64,000 nt of DNA from Rhizophagus irregularis (taxonomy: Eukaryota). Under the pieces are notes generated by a model. The model searched no databases and had not been told where the DNA came from. It saw nothing but the letters and a program-made list of their open reading frames with translations. A program made the translations under genes and the position numbers. Location: assembly GCF_026210795.1 (NCBI RefSeq), contig NC_089429.1, positions 7,564,001 to 7,628,000 of the forward strand. The letters run 5' to 3'. The first letter of the stretch is position 1. Every line of letters begins with the position of its first letter. Shown here piece after piece: positions 63,031 to 64,000 of this stretch.

Positions 63031-64000
63031 TGATGTAATATTTTTTTCCATTTCAATATATATAAAAATATAATATTTCTTCGTAATAGGTTACGTTAGT
63101 TACGTCCCTTATTAAAGAAATATCGTATGAGAAAGAGTAACTTGATCTTGCCAGATACGTCAGTTCTGTATGTATAGAAAAAAACAAATATTTAGAATAA
63201 AAATATCTTATTTCTTTAAAAAAAAAAATAAAAAGAATTATTTAAAATATCAAAATAACATACCCCATGTTAATTGTTAAAGGTGAAATTTATAAAAATA
63301 TGAGAAGAAAAGTAAAAGTACTGGTGCTCATTAAGAGTGGACATTTGTTCGATTTCATTTTAGTGCCCATTAGTAATGGGCGCTGTTTTAATATTATTTT
63401 TAATTGTTTAAAAATCCTAAAAGTAAATCCATCATTTGGTACTCTTGTCATTTTAAATTTCCAATTTTTATCTATCAATATCTTTATCGCCTAACAGATT
63501 CTTCATTAAACTACCGCGATTGTAAAATTTGTAAAAATAATTTTTTGAAGATACTATAAAGTTTCAACAGGTTTAAACCATTTGCCAATCAATACAAATT
63601 CCCATTATGTTTAGTTACTTTGCTGGTAGGTTCATCATTTCGTGTTAGTGCTAAAATATTTCTTTGAATATTACTATAATAATCACTATTACACATAAAT
63701 AATACAATATTTAAATATCGGATCTTTTCTATTCTATCTTCCGGCCATAATTTCGAATGCCATAAAATTTCTTCATAATAGAATACGTTGATTACGTTAT
63801 TACGTTAATTACGTTGATTATGCCATTGTTAAAATGAATACTACTATATTAACAATATTCTACTGATTTGAAAATTTCCACGATAATACATCAAAAGTTG
63901 TATAATTGTATTATTGAAATGGGATTTTGCCAAATAGTTAAAGTAGGGAACAAAAACTCGCCCTAAACCAAATTACCAAAAGTGCGAAAGAAATTCTGAA

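Overview
Very AT-rich eukaryotic DNA with short GT-AG introns. The gene content (MATA-type HMG box, cellular RdRP, many decayed transposon and kinase relics) suggests an arbuscular mycorrhizal fungus (Glomeromycotina, Rhizophagus-like), but this is inferred. Four intact genes are supported: two near-identical, divergently oriented two-exon bromodomain genes (15734-17213 minus, 30561-32038 plus), a three-exon RNAi-type RNA-dependent RNA polymerase (43561-47209, about 1160 aa) and a single-exon HMG-box gene (58669-59202). The dominant structure is a giant inverted duplication (9886-20017 vs 27767-40500). It encloses an older inverted repeat and is itself flanked by older inverted homology. A non-coding module of about 2-3 kb occurs five times in both orientations. 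It carries a conserved intron-like element and a variable 102-bp array that holds different inserts in different copies, one of which is a clathrin heavy chain fragment. The RdRP reads NLDGD instead of the catalytic DLDGD, and the bromodomains have His at the acetyl-lysine-binding Asn position. The rest is MITEs, LINE and transposase relics and tandem repeats. No rRNA, tRNA or CRISPR array was seen. All alignments were done by eye, so boundaries of degenerate repeats are approximate.
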